DNA of 64,000 nt, from assembly GCA_964634945.1 (NCBI GenBank), contig CAZWMG010000005.1, positions 16,306 through 80,305 on the forward strand. Direction: 5' to 3'. Shown here piece after piece: positions 49,919 through 60,782 of this stretch; the first letter of the stretch is position 1; the number at the start of each line of letters is the position of its first letter. Under the pieces are notes generated by a model that was not told the origin of the DNA, made no database searches, and saw only the letters and a list, made by a program, of their open reading frames with translations. The stretch is from an uncultured Planctomycetia bacterium. Lineage in GTDB: Bacteria > Omnitrophota > Gorgyraeia > JABMRG01. Position numbers and translations under genes: made by a program.

Positions 49919-51294
49919 TATTTTTCTTCCTCCAATATGTTTTTTCTACACTGTTTCGGCAATATTGTTGGGTATTTTCTATTAAAACATGCTGTACAAA
50001 ATTTATCTCCGGGAAGAAGCATAGACTCAAGCATCCCATCAAGGCTTATATACTTAAGGCTATCCAGGCCTACAAAATCCCTTATCTGCCTTACGGTGCG
50101 CTTTGACGCTATAAGCTCCTTTTCCGTCGGAAAATCTATACCATAATAACAAGGTGATACAATCGGCGGGCAACTGACCCTCATATGTATCTCCTTTGCA
50201 CCAGCTTCACGAAGTGTCTTTACGCGGCTTCTGCTAGTTGTGCCGCGAACAATAGAATCCTCAACAATAACAACGCGCTTTCCCTTTAGGACATTTTTTA
50301 TGGGGTTGAGTTTTACTCTGACCCTAAAATCCCTTATATGCTGAGTAGGCTGGATAAATGTCCTGCCTACGTAGTGGTTTCGTATCATACCTGCCTCAAA
50401 TGGAAGGCCTGATTCCTCGGCAAAACCTAACGCCGCGTAATTACCGGAATCGGGTATAGGCATAACAATATCCGCTTTTACAGGTGACTCCTTCGCAAGC
50501 TGCGCGCCTAAACGTTTTCTTGTAAGATATACATTTTCACCATATATATTACTATCAGGCCTTGAAAAGTATATAAACTCAAATATGCAGTGAGCGGATC
50601 TTGTTTTGTTAGTAAGGCGCATGCTCTTTAATCCATCCTTATCTATGCAGACAACCTCACCCGGCTTGATATCGCGGATATATTTAGCGTGTATAAGATC
50701 GAGCGCGCACGTCTCACTTGCCAATACATACGCGCCATCGAGCTTACCAAGGCAAAGCGGACGTATTCCAAAACTATCCCTGGCGCCTATCAACGCGCCA
50801 TTTAGCATCATTACAACTGAAAACGCGCCTTGTAACTGTGACAACGCGTCAACAAGGCCCTCTTTGTAATCCTTGTAGCGCAGTTTCGCGAGAAGATGAA
50901 CAATTACCTCAGAATCCATTGTTGTCTGAAATATAGAACCCGCGTCTTCCATCTTATGACAGATATCAGCCGCGTTTGTAAGATTTCCATTGTGCGCTAT
51001 AGCTATATGACCTTTTTTATGTTTCACCAAAAAAGGCTGGATATTCTTAGAGGTACTTGAACCTGTTGTAGAATAGCGCACATGCCCAAGCGCGGTGCTG
51101 CCTTTTAAAGACTTGAGTGTCTTCTCATCAAAGGCATCATTTACAAGCCCCATAGACTGGTGCTGTTTTACTCTTCTTTTATCGTATGAGACTATGCCAA
51201 CACTCTCTTCTCCGCGATGCTGTAAGGCATAAAGCCCTAGATATGTAAGAGAAGCGGCGTCCTTATGTCCATAGATTCCGAATATTCCGCACAT
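49918..51294 (-). CDS. purF: Amidophosphoribosyltransferase
   Basis: [31 protein letters not shown]. Confidence 0.97.
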   Translation of the reverse strand: MCGIFGIYGHKDAASLTYLGLYALQHRGEESVGIVSYDKRRVKQHQSMGLVNDAFDEKTLKSLKGSTALGHVRYSTTGSSTSKNIQPFLVKHKKGHIAIAHNGNLTNAADICHKMEDAGSIFQTTMDSEVIVHLLAKLRYKDYKEGLVDALSQLQGAFSVVMMLNGALIGARDSFGIRPLCLGKLDGAYVLASETCALDLIHAKYIRDIKPGEVVCIDKDGLKSMRLTNKTRSAHCIFEFIYFSRPDSNIYGENVYLTRKRLGAQLAKESPVKADIVMPIPDSGNYAALGFAEESGLPFEAGMIRNHYVGRTFIQPTQHIRDFRVRVKLNPIKNVLKGKRVVIVEDSIVRGTTSRSRVKTLREAGAKEIHMRVSCPPIVSPCYYGIDFPTEKELIASKRTVRQIRDFVGLDSLKYISLDGMLESMLLPGDKFCTACFNRKYPTILPKQCRKNILEEEK

Positions 51295-51301
51295 ATTTCC
51301 T

Positions 51302-53506
51302 CTATTTAGCTGTTAAAGCTTTTTCCAATGAATATTTCCAAGTATCCCGCAACCCTGATACGCCTGAGTCTATTACACTCTTGCTATTTACGCTGATCTT
51401 AAGCTTATCACCACCGGTTTTTCCTATAATAGAAAATCCCACATTATGCTTCCGGGCTAGCGCCTCTATCTCCTTCGCGCCGGTTTCATCGGAAGAGATA
51501 ATAACGCGCGACTGTGACTCACCGAATAAAAGAGAGTCCTTCCTTATATCAGAATCCAGATTTATAGACGCGCCAACTATGTTTTGTCCTGACATGCAAC
51601 ATTCGGCTAAGGCAACAGCCAACCCGCCTTCTGAACAATCATGCGCAGACCTTACGAGCCCTTGTTGTATAGATGCTAATACAGCTGTATGGAGAAGAGA
51701 TTCAGCCTCAAGATCAAGCGATGGCGCGTGGCCAGCAACCTTACCATGTAAGACCTTCAAGTATTCGCTTCCGCCAAGTTCATCCCTTGTCTCGCCGAGC
51801 AATATTATAATATCACCATCGCCCTTAAAATACTGCGTAGTTACATCCTTTAGGGATTTTACAATACCTATCATTCCGATTGTCGGTGTCGGGTATATCG
51901 GCCCTTTTGTGCTTTCATTATAAAAAGATACGTTTCCGCTTACAACAGCGGTATCAAATACTTTGCAAGCATCGATGATGCCTTGGATACATTCCTTAAA
52001 ATACCAATATCTGTCAGGTTTTTCCGGATTAGCGAAGTTAAGGCAGTCCGTAACCGCCGCGGGCTCCGCGCCTGAACATATAAGATTTCTCGCTGCCTCC
52101 GCAACAGCTATCTGCGCGCCTCTTTTCGGGCTTAGATAACAGTATCTGGAATTGCAATCTGAAGTAGCTGCCAATGCCTTGTCTCTTCCCTTTAACCTTA
52201 TAACAGCGGCATCGGAACCAGGCAAAACAGTAGTATTTGTCTGCACCATATGATCATACTGCTGATAGACCCATTCCTTGCTTGCTATGGTTAATGACGA
52301 TAAAAGCTTAATAAGGGCCTGTGAACAATCTTCAGGCTCTGATATGGTATTCATATTAAATGAGTTAATCCCATCAAGATACTCAGGCCTCTTTGAAGGC
52401 ATATCGTAAACAGGCGCGCTTGCCAACGAATCAGGCGTAGCCTCCGCTACCATCTCCCCGTTATTCTTTACCCTTACAAGTTTTTCCTCTATAACCTCAC
52501 CGATAATAACACCGTGAAGGTCCCACTTATTAAAGATCGCGCTTATCTCCTCTTCATGGCCTTTTTTGATACAGACAAGCATCCTCTCCTGAGATTCTGA
52601 CATCATAACTTCCCAGGGCTCCATGTTCTCTTCTCTGCGCGGCACCTTCGCGAGCTCTATCTCTATGCCTGAGCCGCCTGCCTCCGCCATCTCACTTGTT
52701 GAACATGTAAGCCCAGCGGCGCCCATATCTTTTATGCCGACAACATAATCCGTCTCAAGCGCCTCAAGCGTAGCCTCTATAAGGCATTTCTCTGTAAACG
52801 GATCCCCTATCTGAACAGCCGGCCTCTTCTCTTCGCCCTTTTTAAATTCCTGGCTCGCGAGCACACTGCATCCGCCGATACCATCTTTACCTGTGCTTGA
52901 GCCGACATACATAATAGTATTACCAACGCCGAATGCCTTTGCCCTGGCAAGTTTGTCTTTATGATTTATACCGATACTCATGCAATTTACAAGGCAATTC
53001 CCTGAGTAGCTTTCATCAAAATATATCTCCCCGCCTACCGTAGGCACGCCTAGGCAATTTCCATAAAACTGTATCCCGTCAACAACACCCCTTAAAAGAT
53101 ATCTGTTGTAAGGCTGGCTTAAGGGCCCGAAACGGAGTGAATTTAAACTTGCTACAGGACGGGCACCGGCTGTAAAAATATCTCTTATGATGCCGCCTAC
53201 ACCTGTAGCGGCGCCTTGCTTTGGCTCTATCTGTGATGGATGATTATGGCTCTCCATCTTGAAGACAATAGCCAGGTCATCTACGATAATACCTCCTGAA
53301 TCCTCGCCGATCAGCGCCTCGTATTTTCCCGTCTTCGGAAGAAGCTTTAACATGTTGCGTGAACGTGGATAACCACAATGCTCGGACCACTCTACGGAAA
53401 ACATCGCGAGCTCCGTAGTGGTCGGTTCGCGCTTTAGAATATCGAGTATCCTCTGATATTCATCGTCTCTTAAGCCTAACGCGGCATAAGTCTCTTTTGT
53501 AATCAT
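51302..53506 (-). CDS. purL: FGAM synthase subunit PurL
   Basis: WSEHC, ESHNHPS, GAATGVGGIIRD, DMGAAG, SESQERM. Confidence 0.97.
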   Translation of the reverse strand: MITKETYAALGLRDDEYQRILDILKREPTTTELAMFSVEWSEHCGYPRSRNMLKLLPKTGKYEALIGEDSGGIIVDDLAIVFKMESHNHPSQIEPKQGAATGVGGIIRDIFTAGARPVASLNSLRFGPLSQPYNRYLLRGVVDGIQFYGNCLGVPTVGGEIYFDESYSGNCLVNCMSIGINHKDKLARAKAFGVGNTIMYVGSSTGKDGIGGCSVLASQEFKKGEEKRPAVQIGDPFTEKCLIEATLEALETDYVVGIKDMGAAGLTCSTSEMAEAGGSGIEIELAKVPRREENMEPWEVMMSESQERMLVCIKKGHEEEISAIFNKWDLHGVIIGEVIEEKLVRVKNNGEMVAEATPDSLASAPVYDMPSKRPEYLDGINSFNMNTISEPEDCSQALIKLLSSLTIASKEWVYQQYDHMVQTNTTVLPGSDAAVIRLKGRDKALAATSDCNSRYCYLSPKRGAQIAVAEAARNLICSGAEPAAVTDCLNFANPEKPDRYWYFKECIQGIIDACKVFDTAVVSGNVSFYNESTKGPIYPTPTIGMIGIVKSLKDVTTQYFKGDGDIIILLGETRDELGGSEYLKVLHGKVAGHAPSLDLEAESLLHTAVLASIQQGLVRSAHDCSEGGLAVALAECCMSGQNIVGASINLDSDIRKDSLLFGESQSRVIISSDETGAKEIEALARKHNVGFSIIGKTGGDKLKISVNSKSVIDSGVSGLRDTWKYSLEKALTAK

Positions 53507-53507
53507 A

Positions 53508-54200
53508 TTAAACCTTTATCTGCTGGAGCATCGATTTAAATATAAGCAGTCCATCCGATGAACCGAGCAGGCCCTCTGAGCTTCTCTCGGGATGAGGCAT
53601 TAGCCCAAGAACATTACCCTGTTTATTTATAATTCCCGCTATATTTGATATTGCGCCATTTGGATTAGACTCTGTATTGACATCGCCTTTCTCATTACAA
53701 TAACGAAATATGACCTGTTTATTATCCTCAAGCTCTTTTAAGCCGCGCTCATCGATATAATAGTTACCCTCATTATGAGCTATGGGTATCTTCATTATCT
53801 GCTTTTCTTCACATCTATTTGTAAAAGCGGTATCCTTGCTCTCCGTTAGTATATTCACATACTTACAGATAAAATGTAGCCCTGTATTGCGATGCATGGC
53901 GCCGGGTAAGAGCCCGGCTTCTAAAAGTATCTGGAAGCCATTACATATGCCTATTACCAGGCCGCCCTTATTCGCGAAATCAACGATAGGCGCCATTAAG
54001 GGCGAGAACTTCGCTATCGCGCCGCACCTTAGATAATCGCCATAACTAAAGCCTCCCGGGATAATAATAGAATCTATATTACCCAGGGACGTCTCTTTAT
54101 GCCAGATATATTTTACAGGCTGCTTAAGAACATCCTTTATAGCATGAAAACAATCATGATCGCAATTCGAACCAGGAAATACTACAACAGCGAAATTCAT
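53508..54200 (-). CDS. purQ: FGAM synthase glutaminase subunit PurQ
   Basis: [30 protein letters not shown]. Confidence 0.97.
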   Translation of the reverse strand: MNFAVVVFPGSNCDHDCFHAIKDVLKQPVKYIWHKETSLGNIDSIIIPGGFSYGDYLRCGAIAKFSPLMAPIVDFANKGGLVIGICNGFQILLEAGLLPGAMHRNTGLHFICKYVNILTESKDTAFTNRCEEKQIMKIPIAHNEGNYYIDERGLKELEDNKQVIFRYCNEKGDVNTESNPNGAISNIAGIINKQGNVLGLMPHPERSSEGLLGSSDGLLIFKSMLQQIKV

Positions 54201-54232
54201 ATTTTAATCTTTATTTTTGTGGGGTTTAGGTC

Positions 54233-54484
54233 TTAGTTAATAGGCGCTAATTCAAAAGTATAATCTTCAATTACAGAATTTGCAAGAAGTTTTTGACACA
54301 TCTGCTCAACCCTGCTTTTGGCGGCCTCCTTATCATCCATGTCCAACTGAAGGATTACAAGCTTCCCAATGCGGGCCTCTCTTACCTCATTATATTCCAA
54401 TGACTCAAGCGCGTGCTTAATTGTAAGGCCCTGCGGGTCTGCCACTGTCTTTTTTAATGTAATATAAACTTTAGCTTCTAACAT
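54233..54484 (-). CDS. purS: FGAM synthase subunit PurS
   Basis: LKKTVADPQG..RIGK..LLANSVIEDY. Confidence 0.96.
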   Translation of the reverse strand: MLEAKVYITLKKTVADPQGLTIKHALESLEYNEVREARIGKLVILQLDMDDKEAAKSRVEQMCQKLLANSVIEDYTFELAPIN

Positions 54485-54500
54485 CTTGTCCTCTCTATTT

Positions 54501-54645
54501 AAGGTTACAAAAGTTACAAAGGTTTAAAAAGTTACAAAGGTTTCCGCCGAAGGCGGATCCTTTATCCTTTATCCTTTATCCTTGTGCCTTGTGCCTAGCA
54601 TCTTGCATCCAGTACTTGGGATTGCTTCGCTTCGCTCGCAAAGAC
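54501..54645. repeat. Composite repeat stack: nonamers, TCCGCCGAAGGCGGA palindrome, heptamers, GATTGCTTCG..CTCGCAAAGAC hairpin
   Basis: aaggttaca-type units (54501-54543); palindrome 54543-54557; tccttta x3 then degenerate units (54558-54613); hairpin 54618-54645. Confidence 0.85.
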
Positions 54646-54651
54646 AACGCG

Positions 54652-56193
54652 TTACTCCCACTCAATCGTACTTGGCGGTTTTGATGATATATCATAGACC
54701 ACACGGTTAATGCCCTCAACCTCGTTTATAATCCTATTAGAGACCTTCTCGAGCAACTCATAAGGTAACTCTGCCCAATGGGCCGTCATGGCATCCTCAC
54801 TTGTAACGGCCCGTATCGCCACGGCATTTTCATACGTTCTTTCATCGCCCATTACGCCTACTGTCTTTATAGGAAGCAGTACGCAAAAGACCTGCCACAA
54901 TTTATTATAAAGGCCTGCCTTCTTAATCTCATCTATAAGTATCGAGTCAGCCTCACGAAGTACATCAAGCCTTTTTTTAGTGATCTCATCTATAATCCTT
55001 ACAGCTAGACCCGGCCCTGGAAAAGGATGCCTATGTATCATCTCATCAGGCATGCTAAGTTCTTTTCCGACAAGTCGTACTTCATCCTTAAATAGCTCTT
55101 TTAAGGGCTCTACCAACTTGAAATTCATCTTCTTGGGCAGGCCCCCTACGTTATGATGTGTCTTGATAGTAACAGAAGGCCCTCCAAGCGCGGAGCGCGA
55201 TTCTATAACATCCGGATAGAGAGTGCCTTGAGCTAAAAATTTCATCTTACCAAGTTTTTTAGACTCCTTCTCAAAGACCTCTATAAATACCCTGCCGATT
55301 ACCTTGCGCTTCTTCTCAGGATCCGTTACCCCTTTCAGGGCCTTAAGAAAAATATCAGAGGCATCTATGCATTTTAGGTTTATCTTATAGGCATCTTTAA
55401 AACGTTTTTTAACGAGCCTTGCCTCGTCCTTACGCAGGAGCCCGTTATCAATAAACATGGCAAAGAGCCTCTTGCCGATAGCCTTTTGCAAAAGAACCGC
55501 TAAGACAGATGAATCTACTCCACCGCTTAGGCCGCAGAGGACGCTATCTTTTCCGATATCAGCCTTGAGAGACTTGATAGAGTCTTTCGCGAATGAACGC
55601 ATGGACCAGCTTTTTTTGCATTTTACTACGTCAAATATAAAATTCTTAAATATCTCTTTGCCTTTAGGGGTATGGATCACCTCAGGGTGGAATTGTACGC
55701 CGTAGAGCCCCTTTGATATGTTTGCCATAGCGGATATCTTGGCATTTGGGGTTGAGGCTATTATATTAAAACCTTTGGGCAGTCTTGCTATCTTATCGCC
55801 ATGGCTCATCCATACAACCTCTTTGGATGAAACACCTTTAAAGAACTTGCCCTTGCGCTTTAGAGAAAGATGCGCCTTTCCATATTCCCTCATTTTCGCC
55901 TTCTGCACCCTGCCGCCTAAAAGATGCGCCATAAGCTGGGCGCCATAACATATACCTAATACAGGAATGCCTAAATCAAATATCTGCCTTTCACACAAAG
56001 GGGCCTTTCGCGATGTTACGCTTGAGGGCCCGCCTGAGAGGATAATGGCTTTTGGTTTTTTTAAGATAAGTTTATCTTTAGATATATTATATGGGACTAT
56101 CTCGGAATAGACACCGCACTCTCTGATGCGACGGGCTATGAGATGGGTATATTGAGATCCAAAATCAAGAATAGCTATCCAGTCTTTATCCAT
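54652..56193 (-). CDS. guaA: GMP synthase (glutamine-hydrolysing)
   Basis: [41 protein letters not shown]. Confidence 0.98.
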   Translation of the reverse strand: MDKDWIAILDFGSQYTHLIARRIRECGVYSEIVPYNISKDKLILKKPKAIILSGGPSSVTSRKAPLCERQIFDLGIPVLGICYGAQLMAHLLGGRVQKAKMREYGKAHLSLKRKGKFFKGVSSKEVVWMSHGDKIARLPKGFNIIASTPNAKISAMANISKGLYGVQFHPEVIHTPKGKEIFKNFIFDVVKCKKSWSMRSFAKDSIKSLKADIGKDSVLCGLSGGVDSSVLAVLLQKAIGKRLFAMFIDNGLLRKDEARLVKKRFKDAYKINLKCIDASDIFLKALKGVTDPEKKRKVIGRVFIEVFEKESKKLGKMKFLAQGTLYPDVIESRSALGGPSVTIKTHHNVGGLPKKMNFKLVEPLKELFKDEVRLVGKELSMPDEMIHRHPFPGPGLAVRIIDEITKKRLDVLREADSILIDEIKKAGLYNKLWQVFCVLLPIKTVGVMGDERTYENAVAIRAVTSEDAMTAHWAELPYELLEKVSNRIINEVEGINRVVYDISSKPPSTIEWE

Positions 56194-56243
56194 AAAGAGG
56201 TCCTTGATTAATTATACGTTGTGTACATTTTTGTTGTAACTCG

Positions 56244-56333
56244 TAAGGATTAAGGATTAAGCCGCTCGCCAAGGCTCGCTTTAAGTATTAAGAAAAATTT
56301 AATACTTACAACTTACCACTTAATCCTTAATAC
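56244..56333. repeat. Heptamer periodic inverted repeat (TAAG/CTTA core) with an embedded GCTCGCCAAGGCTCGC element
   Basis: taaggat taaggat taag ccgctcgccaaggctcgct ttaagta ttaag ... ttaatac ttacaac ttaccac ttaatcc ttaatac. Confidence 0.8.
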
Positions 56334-56353
56334 TCGCTTATTACGCCTCATAC

Positions 56354-59300
56354 TTAGCAACAGGATGCGGACTTACATGGCTTAAGTTCTTTGTAATAAT
56401 CCTGTAATGATTTTGGAATATTCTTGCTTTTTCTTGCCGCGTCTATACCTTCTACCGTAGCCTCCGCAGCTGCCAATGATGTTATATAAGGTATCTTATG
56501 CTGTATAGCCTTCATCCGTATATAGCTATCATCGTATTTGCCTGTGCGGCCTACCGGCGTATTGACGATAAGATGTATCTCTTTATTTTTTATAGCATCG
56601 GCTATATTGGGCCTTCCTTCGTGCAGTTTCTTTAAAACTGTCGAATCGATACCATTCTCTTTCAGGAACTCTCCTGTCTTAGCCGTGGTATAAATATTAA
56701 ATCCGAGCTTTTTAAAATTATTAGCTATAGCAAGTAGCTCCGGCTTATCCCTATCGGCAACCGTCAACAAGACACTGCCCTCAAGAGGAAGCTTTGCCCC
56801 TGCCGCCTCTTCTGCTTTATAAAATGCCAGGCCAAAGGTATTGGCGATCCCCATAACCTCACCTGTAGCCCTCATCTCCGGGCCCAAGACAGGGTCAACT
56901 TCAGGGAACATATTAAATGGAAATACCGCTTCCTTGACACCGACATAAGGGGTCTCGACATCCACTAATTCAGGGAAGTCCTTTATCTTTTTACCAAGCA
57001 TTACCTGTGTAGTGATATTCGCTAATGGTATATTCTTTATCTTTGATACCAAAGGCACTGTACGTGAAGCGCGCGGATTTGCCTCGATTATATATACCTT
57101 TTCATCGCATATCGCGTACTGTATATTCATAAGCCCTACTACGCCTAGCTCTTTGCCTATCTGAGCTGTATACTTCTTTATGGTATCAAGATGCTCTTTT
57201 TTTATGGTCTTTGTGGGTATAGCGCACGCGGAATCGCCTGAATGGACACCCGCGAGCTCTATATGCTCCATAACCGCGGCGACAAATGTCTCTTCCCCGT
57301 CGCATAAGGCATCCACTTCTGTCTCAACAGCATGCTCTAAGAACCTATCTATAAGCATCGGATGCTCAGGGCTTACATTGATAGCCTTTATAGCGTATCT
57401 GCGCAGCATATCTTCATCATAGACTATCTCCATACCGCGTCCGCCAAGAACAAAAGAAGGGCGCACCATAAGTGGGTAACCTATTTTTTTCGCGATTACA
57501 AGGGCCTCATCCAGGGACATGGCCGTAGCGCTCTCCGGTTGCGGTATATCAAGGGCTATCATCTTCTGTCTAAAGCTCTCTCTGTCCTCAGCGAGCTTGA
57601 TGCTCTCCGGCGTAGTGCCTATAATCTTTACGCCATTGTCTTTTAGTTCCTGCGCGAGGTTCAAAGGAGTCTGTCCTCCAAACTGCACAATAACGCCTTC
57701 CGGCTTTTCTTTTTCATATATACTTAGCACATCCTCTACAGTAAGTGGTTCGAAATATAGTTTGTTTGATGTATCATAATCAGTAGATACTGTCTCAGGA
57801 TTACAATTTACCATAATAGATTCATAACCAGCGTCTCTTAACGCAAATGCCGCGTGGACACATGTATAATCAAATTCAATGCCCTGGCCTATCCTGTTTG
57901 GCCCGCCGCCTAATATCATTATCTTCTTATTTGGCGATACAGGGACTGAATCTTCTCCAATATATGTTGAGTAGTAATAAGCGGCGTTATCCACTCCGCT
58001 TACCGGCACCGCTTCATAGCGTTCGTGCTTTCCTATGGATATTCTTTTCTCTCTTACCTGCTTTTCTTTTATATTGAAAAGGCCCGCTAGGTACCTGTCA
58101 GCAAATCCTAATTCTTTTGCCTTTGCCAGCTCTTGGTCACTAAGCTTGTCCCAGCCCTTCTTTAATATCTCTTCCTCGAAATCTACGAGTTCTTTTATCT
58201 CATTTATAAACCAGGTTCCTATATAGGTAAGATTATGAAGCTCCTCGACAGTAGCGCCTTTTCGCAACGCCTCATACATAATAAAGATACGCTCGCTTGA
58301 AGGGTTGGCAAGTTTATTTTTTAACTGCTCTAACGGAAGGTCCTTAAAGTTTTTTGCTCCTCCAAGTCCATACCTCTTTATCTCCAGAGAGCGTATCGCC
58401 TTCTGGAACGCCTCCTTAAAGGTCTTGCCTATGCTCATTACCTCTCCAACAGCCTTCATCTGCGTGCCGAGTATATCCTTTGCCCCTGGGAATTTTTCAA
58501 ATGCCCATCTCGCGAATTTGATAACAACATAATCACCGCTTGGCGCATACTTTTCCAGTGTTCCTTCTTTCCAGTATGGCATCTCGTCCATTGTAATACC
58601 TGCCGCGAGTTTTGTAGATATTCGCGCAATAGGAAAACCTGTTGCCTTAGAGGCAAGCGCGGATGAGCGCGATGTCCTTGGATTTATCTCGATGACTACA
58701 AGCCTGTCATCAACAGGATTATGCGCATACTGAACATTGGTTCCACCGGTAACTCCTATAGCATCGACTATCTTATATGATAGCTCCTGCATACGATCCT
58801 GAAGGGGCTTTGGCACCGTAAGCATCGGCGCCGTGCAGAAACTATCTCCTGTATGAACCCCCATAGCATCGATATTTTCAATGAAACATACTGTTATCTT
58901 CTGCCCCTTTTCATCCCTTACTACCTCAAGCTCAAGCTCTTCCCAACCGAGCACAGACTCTTCAACCAGGACCTGATGAACAAGACTTACCGAAAGCCCT
59001 CTGGCAACGATAACCCTCAGCTCTTCTACATTATAAGCTATGCCGCCGCCTGTTCCACCCATGGTATATGCCGGCCTTAATACAACCGGGTACTTGAGCT
59101 TTTCCGCGATTTTTTCAGCCTCCTCCACAGAGTGGCATGGTTCTGACTTTGCCATATCAACACCGATCTTATCCATCGTCTCTTTAAAGGCTATTCTATC
59201 CTCACCGCGCTCTATAGCATCAGTCTTTACGCCTATAACCTCTACATTATGCTTTTCAAGGACACCGGATTTAAAAAGGCTCGATGAGAGATTAAGCGCG

Positions 59301-59581
59301 GTCTGTCCTCCAAGATTTGGTAAAAGCGCGTCTGGTTTCTCTATCTCAATAATCTTTTCTATGACTTCAGTGGTCAGGGGCTCAATATAAGTCTTATCGG
59401 CTGTGCCCGGATCCGTCATAATAGTAGCGGGATTTGAATTAACCAAGACTACCTCATAACCTTCTTCCTTTAACGCCCTGCAGGCTTGAGTACCTGAATA
59501 ATCAAATTCGCATGCCTGACCTATTATTATAGGACCTGAACCGATAATCAATATCTTATGTATGTCTTCTCGCTTAGCCAT
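56354..59581 (-). CDS. carB: Carbamoyl-phosphate synthase large subunit
   Basis: GSGPIIIGQACEFDYSG, EINPR, GGGPNRIGQGIEFDY, MGS-like C-terminal domain. Confidence 0.97.
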   Translation of the reverse strand: MAKREDIHKILIIGSGPIIIGQACEFDYSGTQACRALKEEGYEVVLVNSNPATIMTDPGTADKTYIEPLTTEVIEKIIEIEKPDALLPNLGGQTALNLSSSLFKSGVLEKHNVEVIGVKTDAIERGEDRIAFKETMDKIGVDMAKSEPCHSVEEAEKIAEKLKYPVVLRPAYTMGGTGGGIAYNVEELRVIVARGLSVSLVHQVLVEESVLGWEELELEVVRDEKGQKITVCFIENIDAMGVHTGDSFCTAPMLTVPKPLQDRMQELSYKIVDAIGVTGGTNVQYAHNPVDDRLVVIEINPRTSRSSALASKATGFPIARISTKLAAGITMDEMPYWKEGTLEKYAPSGDYVVIKFARWAFEKFPGAKDILGTQMKAVGEVMSIGKTFKEAFQKAIRSLEIKRYGLGGAKNFKDLPLEQLKNKLANPSSERIFIMYEALRKGATVEELHNLTYIGTWFINEIKELVDFEEEILKKGWDKLSDQELAKAKELGFADRYLAGLFNIKEKQVREKRISIGKHERYEAVPVSGVDNAAYYYSTYIGEDSVPVSPNKKIMILGGGPNRIGQGIEFDYTCVHAAFALRDAGYESIMVNCNPETVSTDYDTSNKLYFEPLTVEDVLSIYEKEKPEGVIVQFGGQTPLNLAQELKDNGVKIIGTTPESIKLAEDRESFRQKMIALDIPQPESATAMSLDEALVIAKKIGYPLMVRPSFVLGGRGMEIVYDEDMLRRYAIKAINVSPEHPMLIDRFLEHAVETEVDALCDGEETFVAAVMEHIELAGVHSGDSACAIPTKTIKKEHLDTIKKYTAQIGKELGVVGLMNIQYAICDEKVYIIEANPRASRTVPLVSKIKNIPLANITTQVMLGKKIKDFPELVDVETPYVGVKEAVFPFNMFPEVDPVLGPEMRATGEVMGIANTFGLAFYKAEEAAGAKLPLEGSVLLTVADRDKPELLAIANNFKKLGFNIYTTAKTGEFLKENGIDSTVLKKLHEGRPNIADAIKNKEIHLIVNTPVGRTGKYDDSYIRMKAIQHKIPYITSLAAAEATVEGIDAARKSKNIPKSLQDYYKELKPCKSASCC

Positions 59582-59613
59582 ATTATTATCTCCCCGTGTT
59601 TATTAAGTTGGTA

Positions 59614-60723
59614 TTATACCATACTCTCCACATGCTTGGCAATAGCCAAAGATGCCGTTAATCCCGGCGACTCTATCCCAATAAGATTTATAAGGCCCGG
59701 AAGGCCCTTCTTGTCTTCATGAGATATCACAAAATCCCTCTCTTTTTCACCCGGTGCCTGCAATTTAGCGCGCAGGCCTGCCATATCCGGGCTTAAATCC
59801 TCAAGCTCCAAGAATGGCAAGAACCTCTTTGCTGATTTGTAAAAAAGTTCCTTTTTTGATGAATCAATTTCATAATCTATCTTATCCGTATAATAAGCAT
59901 TGGGGCCCAACTTAAGTCCACCACCTAGATCCATAACCGTGTGTATGCCAAGGCTTGTCTCCTTGGGGGTAGGATATATAAGATGATTGAGAGTTCCCGG
60001 TTTTATGTTGCTTACCCTGAAGTATTCACCCTTTGAATAATGCAGTCTGTAATTACTCTTTACAATATCTATGCCAACCATTTGCGCGATTTTATCTGAA
60101 TATAATCCGGCACTATTAATAAGAGTCTTTGTGAGAAGCTTTAGCTCTTCACCATCACTATCAGCTATCTTGATGCTGTAAAGATCATTATCTCTTTTTA
60201 TGCCTATAACCTCGCAACCATAAGCAAAAATAACGCCTCTATTTTTCGCTATATTCTGAAGCCTCTTCATAAGTTGATGGGTGTCAACAATACCTGTTAA
60301 AGGAGAATATATAGCGGCTATAGCGGCTATAGCGGGCTCGATCTTCTTGATCTCTTCGGGGCCTAACATACTTAACTCTTTGAGGCCGTTTAGCTTGCCA
60401 TTGGCAAAAAGTTTTTCAAGTTCAAGCGTTTCCTTATCATCTGTCGCGACTATTAATTTGCCGCACTGTCTGTGGGGAATATTCTGCTCCCGGCAAAACT
60501 GATATAAAAGTTCTCTTCCTTCCACGCATAATTTTGCTTTTAGGGAATTTCTTTTGTAATAGATGCCTGAGTGGATAATCTCGCTGTTGCGGCTTGAAGC
60601 GTCTTGCCCAAAACTATTCTCTTTTTCAATAAGAATAATACTCCTGCCCTTTTGACTTAAAGCAGTAGCGATAGCAAGTCCTACTATCCCCGCACCTATA
60701 ATTATTATATCCGGCTTTTCCAT
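59614..60723 (-). CDS. FAD-dependent oxidoreductase, L-2-hydroxyglutarate oxidase (LhgO)-like
   Basis: GAGIVG, SSRNSEIIHSGIYY, KGEYF, GIESPGLTASLAIA. Confidence 0.88.
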   Translation of the reverse strand: MEKPDIIIIGAGIVGLAIATALSQKGRSIILIEKENSFGQDASSRNSEIIHSGIYYKRNSLKAKLCVEGRELLYQFCREQNIPHRQCGKLIVATDDKETLELEKLFANGKLNGLKELSMLGPEEIKKIEPAIAAIAAIYSPLTGIVDTHQLMKRLQNIAKNRGVIFAYGCEVIGIKRDNDLYSIKIADSDGEELKLLTKTLINSAGLYSDKIAQMVGIDIVKSNYRLHYSKGEYFRVSNIKPGTLNHLIYPTPKETSLGIHTVMDLGGGLKLGPNAYYTDKIDYEIDSSKKELFYKSAKRFLPFLELEDLSPDMAGLRAKLQAPGEKERDFVISHEDKKGLPGLINLIGIESPGLTASLAIAKHVESMV

Positions 60724-60782
60724 TTAATTTGGGTAAAAAAAATTTGTAATATTCTTTGGTTTAAGACTGTCTTCAAACTAGT

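Noticed and set aside
619-56333. CRISPR interpretation of the repeats
   Set aside because: No regularly spaced identical repeats with unique spacers, and no cas genes.
56194-56353. Purine riboswitch upstream of guaA
   Set aside because: No purine-riboswitch core recognised; the spacer is largely explained by the heptamer element.
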